In this document: one piece after another, positions 58,370 to 64,000 of the stretch
Numbering within the stretch: the first letter of the stretch is position 1
Layout: every line of letters begins with the position of its first letter
Assembly (NCBI GenBank): GCA_041736175.1
Contig: JBGSUI010000056.1
Span: 32,001-96,000, forward strand
Origin: Oligoflexales bacterium
GTDB taxonomy: Bacteria > Bdellovibrionota_B > Oligoflexia > Oligoflexales > CAIYRB01
Reading direction: 5' to 3'
DNA length: 64,000 nucleotides
Notes under the pieces: generated by a model
What the model was told of the DNA's origin: nothing
What the model saw: only the letters and a program-made list of their open reading frames with translations
Databases searched by the model: none
Translations under genes and position numbers: made by a program

Positions 58370-60187
58370 TTATTTTTTCCCCGTGATGACCTGACGCAAG
58401 ATGTCTAGATTGTTAGCCACGATGGTTTGGTCAGCGGCCGTAAGATCGGGTTGGGGTGCGGCTGAGACCACGAGTCTGAGGGCATTAGTGATCTTGGCGA
58501 CCGTAGTAGCCCGTTGTTCTGGTGGGAGCTGGTTCTGGAGTTTGAGGATTTTAAGCCCTGTCTTTACCACATCACCCATAGACGAAATCCATTGGTTATC
58601 TTTGACTGGAATCGCCGTGGAAGTCAGTAGTTTGATCCCGTTGGTCATTCCTTGTTCAGCATAGAGTGCAGGGTTGCCAAAATCTCCATGGTTACAATCC
58701 CAGCGCAAATCCAGGTCTTCGTCGGTGCAAAAGGGGAGGACGGTTGAGGGCTCATTATTAAGGTAACTCCATTGGATTGCGGCCACGTCGTAGGAACCTG
58801 GTCCTTGGCGGTTGCTCCGCTCTTTGCGGGGTGCATAGTCCATGATGGAGGAGCTAAAGCCATAGTTATCAATGAGGGTCGAACCAGCAAAGTTATGTCT
58901 CAGTCCAAGATAGTGGCCGACTTCATGGGAAATCGTTTCTTCGTAGTAGCCTTCCATATAATCTGTAAATGACTGATTGGTGTTGGTGAAAAAGGGGATC
59001 ACTGGAGTTTCGCCGGACCTGCCGACAAAGGCAGTGTTTCCGAGGGTAAGCTCTGCCCGTGCGGCTGCTTCATATGAGTAGCTGACGATCCCTTGGTAAA
59101 TTTCTTCGAGTTTGTTGCCCATGATATAAACAGCTCCGCCCATAACAACACCTGTGTCAGGTTCCACAAGCATGCGCGCCACACCTGCCCACTGGATCGT
59201 TGTATCCGTACCATCGTACCATCGGACGACGTTGTATCTTGGGTCTCCCGCATCCATGGACTCGGGTGCGATCTTGACTTTGATCACATCTTTTCCGAAA
59301 GCTCGGTTCCAGCCAAGAAGAGCCCTGCGTGCAGTCTCCGTGTATTTCTCGGGCACGTCTTTGAGATAAAAAGTGATGGATCGGCTTTCCGGAGCATCAC
59401 TCCCTCCCGCTCCGGTCACCGGGGTGGGAACCCTTTGGATTTTTGAACCATCTTGGTCAAGCTGTCCACCGTCGAGGGTAGGGCCAAAGAAACCAAAATT
59501 TCGCTTGGCTCCCTCGGCGACTGTTTTGTTGTCTGCTGGAGGTGTGATTGATGTTTTCCGTTTCAGGAAAAGCCTGACAATGACTGTACCAAACGAAGGG
59601 TTTTCGTTTAGATAAACATTAAAAGACTTGTGGTCCAGCAGTCCTTGGGCCACCTTGTGCTCTAAGTCCACCACGAGGGTGTCTCGGTCCTGCTGGATGC
59701 CCACAACTTTAGGAGCACCTTGGCTGACCCAGTAGCCATTGATATCTTTAGAGGTGTCGATCCCCCCCTTGAGATCGAGCAACTGCCGGAGGCGCACATC
59801 ATTTCCGGCGCTTCCAAAGTCCACTTCCAGACCTTTAGGAGTCTCCTTGACTCCAAAGGACATCAACGTCATACCTGAGTCCCCATCATTGACCTGGAGA
59901 AGCGAGTCCTCAAGGGCTAGGGTCACATTGCGGGCTTCAAGGCTCATATCGAGAGCACTGGATAAAAATTTGCTGGTGTTGATGACGTTGGCACCAAAGA
60001 CAAAGACATCATTAAGGTCAGAGGACTCGAGGTAAGCATACCGTGCTGTATCAGCCCGGCTTTGGACCCACATCAGATCCGAGGCTGATTCCTTGGGCTG
60101 GGCGCCGCAGGACATCAAAAAGTAGGTAGCAAATCCTAAAAGGCATAGAGGGGCAAGTTTAGAAGTGGTGGTGGTTGGATTTCCCAT
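58370..60187 (-). CDS. Zinc-dependent metalloprotease lipoprotein (metzincin, EcxA/DUF4953-like)
   Basis: LMS-C lipobox, WNRAFG, GDPRYN, HEVGHYLGLRHNF, SIMDY Met-turn, YDVAAIQWSY. Confidence 0.88.
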   Translation of the reverse strand: MGNPTTTTSKLAPLCLLGFATYFLMSCGAQPKESASDLMWVQSRADTARYAYLESSDLNDVFVFGANVINTSKFLSSALDMSLEARNVTLALEDSLLQVNDGDSGMTLMSFGVKETPKGLEVDFGSAGNDVRLRQLLDLKGGIDTSKDINGYWVSQGAPKVVGIQQDRDTLVVDLEHKVAQGLLDHKSFNVYLNENPSFGTVIVRLFLKRKTSITPPADNKTVAEGAKRNFGFFGPTLDGGQLDQDGSKIQRVPTPVTGAGGSDAPESRSITFYLKDVPEKYTETARRALLGWNRAFGKDVIKVKIAPESMDAGDPRYNVVRWYDGTDTTIQWAGVARMLVEPDTGVVMGGAVYIMGNKLEEIYQGIVSYSYEAAARAELTLGNTAFVGRSGETPVIPFFTNTNQSFTDYMEGYYEETISHEVGHYLGLRHNFAGSTLIDNYGFSSSIMDYAPRKERSNRQGPGSYDVAAIQWSYLNNEPSTVLPFCTDEDLDLRWDCNHGDFGNPALYAEQGMTNGIKLLTSTAIPVKDNQWISSMGDVVKTGLKILKLQNQLPPEQRATTVAKITNALRLVVSAAPQPDLTAADQTIVANNLDILRQVITGKK

Positions 60188-60595
60188 AAAAGTTCCCCCT
60201 TTAATAAGGTCGATGCCGGTCTTCTTGGCCAGGTTGCAACTTATGCCGTCCTACCCTCGGGTCACCCGAGAGACAGCATTGGTCGACTGGCCAGTCAAAG
60301 TAGTTATAAACGTATCATGGGAACACTTCAAGAAAAATTATAGAAATATTAAAAAATCCATGTCAAAAACCCTGGTAAGATCCTCTTTGTACCTAAAAAT
60401 ATTAGTAAATAATCAAAATTCAGGCCCCCATCCGTCCCCGGCCAGCATCCCGCGGTAACAATCGTCTTGCGGGTTTCCACCTGCCTAGACTTCGCTCAGG
60501 GAAAATCTTTCGGACCCATGATGTCCCCGGTCTGGCAACGCGCCTAACACTAGATGATGTTTAATAAACAAAAAAAATGGATTATTCCTCCCCTT

Positions 60596-60610
60596 TGGCA
60601 AACCACTTGC
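60596..60610 (+). promoter_or_regulatory. Sigma54 promoter of the sugar transferase
   Basis: TGGCAA-N5-TTGC with exact GG-N10-GC spacing, about 40 bp before the ATG. Confidence 0.65.
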
Positions 60611-60651
60611 ATTGATTTGCCTATCGATCATCAACTTGGGAGGAGACACAA

Positions 60652-61491
60652 ATGGACCAGATGTTATCAAAGCAATCCTTAAACAACCAGGAATTATCTC
60701 GTAATGCCAATCAGCCTTTTGAATCCTTCGAAACTTTTGCAACACCTGGACAAATGCTTCCCGTCCTGGGCGGTGCCGCTAGGGCGATCCAGCCGATCGT
60801 CTCAGAAAGACGGGCTCTCCCTCGGCACCAGACTGACGAACAGATCCTTGGCGACGAGCAGTCCTTTATCGGAAGCAAACCATTGCCGGTGACGGGTGCT
60901 GCTCTTAAACGAATCATAGACTTTTTTGGTGCCCTTGTAGGCCTTCTGGTTCTCGCCCCCGTGATGGTTGGGGCAGCATTGGCGATCAAGTTAACAAGCA
61001 GGGGACCGATCTTTTTCAAACAAAAACGGCTTACCAAGGGGGGCGAAACCTTTAATATGTGGAAATTTCGCACTATGGTGGTCAACGCTGATCTCCTAAA
61101 GGATCTCCTAACCCAGCAAAACGAGATGTCGGGACCAGTCTTTAAAATGAAAAACGACCCAAGAATCACCCCGGTCGGAAGGATCCTGCGAAAATACAGC
61201 GTCGACGAGTTGCCCCAGCTGATCAATGTCCTGATTGGTGATATGAGCCTTGTGGGTCCCCGCCCTCCAGTCCACCGCGAAGTGGTCAAATATCGCCGTT
61301 GGCAGGCACGCCGCCTTACGGTTAAGACAGGATTGACCTGTATTTGGCAGATTAGTGGCAGAAACAATATTGATTTCGAGAACTGGATGCGCATGGACCT
61401 CCAGTACATAGACCAATGGAGTCTGTGGCTCGATGTCAAGATCTTGGTCAGGACAGTCGCCGTCGTTGTGAAAGGCGATGGCGCCTCGTGA
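60652..61491 (+). CDS. Polyprenyl-phosphate phosphoglycosyl transferase (priming 'bacterial sugar transferase')
   Basis: KRIIDF, KFRTM, DPRITPVG, DELPQL, GDMSLVGPRP, GLTCIWQISGR, DLQY. Confidence 0.95.
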   Translation: MDQMLSKQSLNNQELSRNANQPFESFETFATPGQMLPVLGGAARAIQPIVSERRALPRHQTDEQILGDEQSFIGSKPLPVTGAALKRIIDFFGALVGLLVLAPVMVGAALAIKLTSRGPIFFKQKRLTKGGETFNMWKFRTMVVNADLLKDLLTQQNEMSGPVFKMKNDPRITPVGRILRKYSVDELPQLINVLIGDMSLVGPRPPVHREVVKYRRWQARRLTVKTGLTCIWQISGRNNIDFENWMRMDLQYIDQWSLWLDVKILVRTVAVVVKGDGAS

Positions 61492-61568
61492 TCAAAAGAG
61501 GATACAATCATGGTCAGGATGTTTATGGGTCTAAGACTTTTTAACTCTGATCAACCAATTGTGAATAA

Positions 61569-62831
61569 GTGGTCAAAAATCTCATCTCACTAGCTATTTT
61601 TGGGGGTGTGCTCCTAGCTGGGTCTCTATGGCTCGAACGGAGCGCCGCTGGAGCTGTATGGACCAGCCAAGAGGCTTTCTCGCTCTTTGCCCAAGAAACC
61701 TCCCAATCTATTCACGTCAAGGCGGGGCAGCTGGGGGACTCTGGAAAAACTGTCGAGTCAAGCCTGCTGTCAAGGGTCGCCCTTGACCAAACGGTGGCCT
61801 GGTCGCCCATCCAGTCTCTTACCTTTAGTGAGTCGGTGGAGCGGGATCAAACCTTTGCTGGTCAAGAACGCCTGAAGAGCGGGCGATTTGTTTTGGCCTA
61901 TAAAAAGACTAGCCAGAGGTCGCGGACAGAGTTTTCTTTGGGAATGCAGGTCAGTCATGTGGTCGATCCATCGGCGACCTCCCTTGCGGTCCAATCGGAA
62001 CTTAGCCTTGCCACAGCATCAGCAGTGTGGCTTCGTTCCCAGAGTGCATCGGCGCTTTATGAATGGAAACTATCCCCTTCCCAAGGTCTCGTCAGTAAAT
62101 TAGAGGGCAGCCGTGCGACGGATCAGCTCCAGACCCGTCGTGCGATCGGCTTATCTATCGAAGGCTACCAGGCTCTTGATCCACTCACAATCTTTCGGTT
62201 GATGTCGGGGTATAAAATTGATCTCGACCCCAATGGCTATGAGGCGACCTCACTGCTTGGGACCTTTAATCGGATGATGACACGCCAATGGCAGGGTACC
62301 GCATCGATCGGAGTGGACCACATTAAACCTAATAACGTAGATTCTTTGCCGACACCCCAAACCCCGGAGGCCACGGCCACCACCCAAACCTTACAAACCC
62401 AGCAACAAGATGCCTCCACCTCCCTCCAAGGTCTCCTTGAAGCCTCAGGCCAATTTGGCCCCCAAACTCTGGTGCTATCGGCACGCCGTGGTCTGCAACG
62501 TCGGCCAGTCACGGATACCTTGATTCTTGCGGACAGCCTTACTGGGACCTGGACCGTTGCGTCGCGCGATAGGACCGAGACGCTGACCCTCGCGGCGAAT
62601 GCTGTTATGGAATCAGACCTCTTAGAGGTCGAGTCTGAAGCATCCCCATCCGATCAAACCTTGACCAGTCTTTTGGCAGAATACGGGCGCGCGTTGTTTA
62701 GCCAGAGGGTTGATGATCGGGCTGTGTTTGTGGACCGCATCTCACTGGGATTACGATTAGAAGACTTTTCCAGTAAAGTCCAGACTACAAACCGACGCGT
62801 AGCTCTCCTAGGATACCTCATCCAATTTTAA
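61569..62831 (+). CDS. Probable outer-membrane beta-barrel of the polysaccharide locus
   Basis: Signal peptide, repeated amphipathic strands, C-terminal LGYLIQF BAM-type signal. Confidence 0.65.
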   Translation: MVKNLISLAIFGGVLLAGSLWLERSAAGAVWTSQEAFSLFAQETSQSIHVKAGQLGDSGKTVESSLLSRVALDQTVAWSPIQSLTFSESVERDQTFAGQERLKSGRFVLAYKKTSQRSRTEFSLGMQVSHVVDPSATSLAVQSELSLATASAVWLRSQSASALYEWKLSPSQGLVSKLEGSRATDQLQTRRAIGLSIEGYQALDPLTIFRLMSGYKIDLDPNGYEATSLLGTFNRMMTRQWQGTASIGVDHIKPNNVDSLPTPQTPEATATTQTLQTQQQDASTSLQGLLEASGQFGPQTLVLSARRGLQRRPVTDTLILADSLTGTWTVASRDRTETLTLAANAVMESDLLEVESEASPSDQTLTSLLAEYGRALFSQRVDDRAVFVDRISLGLRLEDFSSKVQTTNRRVALLGYLIQF

Positions 62832-62866
62832 GAATTTCTACCGGATGATTGACACCACAAGGTGAG

Positions 62867-63475
62867 CTATTCTGCCAGGACGGTATCTCCCCGTTCTAAG
62901 ATAAAACTATCAAGGCTGTCATTGCCTTTGAGTAAATCCTGGTAAAGCACAAAATACCTTTCTGTTTTACCTGTGGGGTCTTTTCGGATGATGATAATAC
63001 GCTCCGAGGCATAGGGCGTTAAACCACCAGCCAAAGCCAGCCCTTTAAGCAAGGTGGTTTTTTCTTCTAATTGCACCGGTCCTACCCTGAGGACTTCACC
63101 TGCAAAGTATGCTTTATAGCTTTTCTTTTGGCCGACGGATACCATGACCCGCGGCTTGACCATATAGGACGAAAGCTGGCTTTCAATTTTCTGTTTGATC
63201 TCCTTTATCGTGGTTCCAGCTACAGTGATCTGGCCCCCAAGAGGGATGGTGATTTGGCCGTTTTCTTGGACGACCATTGTGGAGGTAAGGGATTCGTCGC
63301 CATGGACTTTGAGCATCAACTCATCGCCGCGGCCTATTTTGTAGTCACCTTGGTTGTCAAAGGTGAGTCCCGCGTTAGCACGAGTCAAAGGACGGGCTGG
63401 AATGGTTGTTTGGCATGCAAAGGTGAGGCACGCCGCTCCGAGAGCCAAGATGCTATGGATGGTAAAGGGCTTCAT
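62867..63475 (-). CDS. Short OPX/Wza-like polysaccharide export protein (Poly_export plus one SLBB)
   Basis: TFA-C lipobox, YKIGRGDEL...VQENGQITIPLGG, GEV..G, LALAGGLT; ends RGDTVLAE with no C-terminal OM helix. Confidence 0.88.
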   Translation of the reverse strand: MKPFTIHSILALGAACLTFACQTTIPARPLTRANAGLTFDNQGDYKIGRGDELMLKVHGDESLTSTMVVQENGQITIPLGGQITVAGTTIKEIKQKIESQLSSYMVKPRVMVSVGQKKSYKAYFAGEVLRVGPVQLEEKTTLLKGLALAGGLTPYASERIIIIRKDPTGKTERYFVLYQDLLKGNDSLDSFILERGDTVLAE

Positions 63476-63536
63476 AGGAACAGACTCCAACTTAAAAAAA
63501 CGACTGTGTTGGCTATTATATAACATAAGTCCTAGT

Positions 63537-64000
63537 TTAAGACGAAAGCTTTTGCGGATGTTCAGGCTCTAAATGGCGTCTTATGGTATCAGCAAGGGGG
63601 GCCACAGCCTTGACGGGTTTTAGAAACCGAATGTTTTTAGCTTTGGCACTTATGATCATCTGTTGTTTTTGGTGATCTGGCAAATTTTTTAGGATTTCCA
63701 TAAGATCCTCCCGTTGGAAGAACAGGGCATCCACTTGGTCTTCTAAATCAAATCCCCTGGCTCCGATTTTGGTGGTGAGAACGGGTAGATCTGCCGCAAT
63801 CATTTCGGCGAGCTTGATGCTGGTTCCAGAGCCATGGAAAATAGGGTTGATTGCCCAATCAGCAGCGGCAAAGTAGGGCTCAATCAAGTCCACTGGGCCT
63901 GTGGTGATCATGGTACTGGTTCGTAAGATGGTTTTAGTGACGCTCCCGCATACCAAAAAAATCAGCTGAAGGGATTCTAGCAAATTTTTATTTTTTTCAG
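63537..64000 (-). CDS. Glycosyltransferase (GT4-like), C-terminal part; gene starts beyond the window
   Basis: AADWAINPIFHGSGTSIKLAEMIAADLPVLTTKIGARG; the frame is open to the window edge. Confidence 0.85.
   Translation of the reverse strand, partial: EKNKNLLESLQLIFLVCGSVTKTILRTSTMITTGPVDLIEPYFAAADWAINPIFHGSGTSIKLAEMIAADLPVLTTKIGARGFDLEDQVDALFFQREDLMEILKNLPDHQKQQMIISAKAKNIRFLKPVKAVAPLADTIRRHLEPEHPQKLSS

Noticed and set aside
60711..61511. 266-aa minus-strand ORF
   Set aside because: Antisense shadow of the well-supported sugar transferase; no motifs.

Overview
Bacterial genomic window. Gene content and style suggest a Bdellovibrionota/Oligoflexia-like or other deltaproteobacteria-like organism; this is an inference. 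The left flank (1-17 kb) holds housekeeping genes: aroC, dapB, hemF, a thiolase plus FadN beta-oxidation pair, and a 2924-aa cyclic beta-1,2-glucan synthase. The right flank (55-64 kb) holds ridA, recJ, a metalloprotease and the start of an exopolysaccharide locus. Between them is an accessory zone ending at tRNA-Ser(GGA). It contains two small cassettes bounded by direct repeats, an ATPase-nuclease gene with an operator-like array, and a CheY-less chemosensory operon (with a CheR-REC-CheB fusion) divergent from a multi-receiver adenylate cyclase. It also contains gene remnants and a defence operon (type I RM, GmrSD, HEPN-like DUF4209, TIR, trypsin-like protease). The best candidate for an undescribed system is 34.8-40.8 kb: a sigma54-promoted operon of signal-peptide-bearing proteins (one lectin-like, two coiled-coil partners, one carrier with a pre-toxin-TG-like segment and an EndoU RNase tip) followed by a CdiI-like immunity gene, with no CdiB, T6SS, T7SS or Rhs delivery genes in the window. 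All family calls come from motif recognition by eye; no searches were run.
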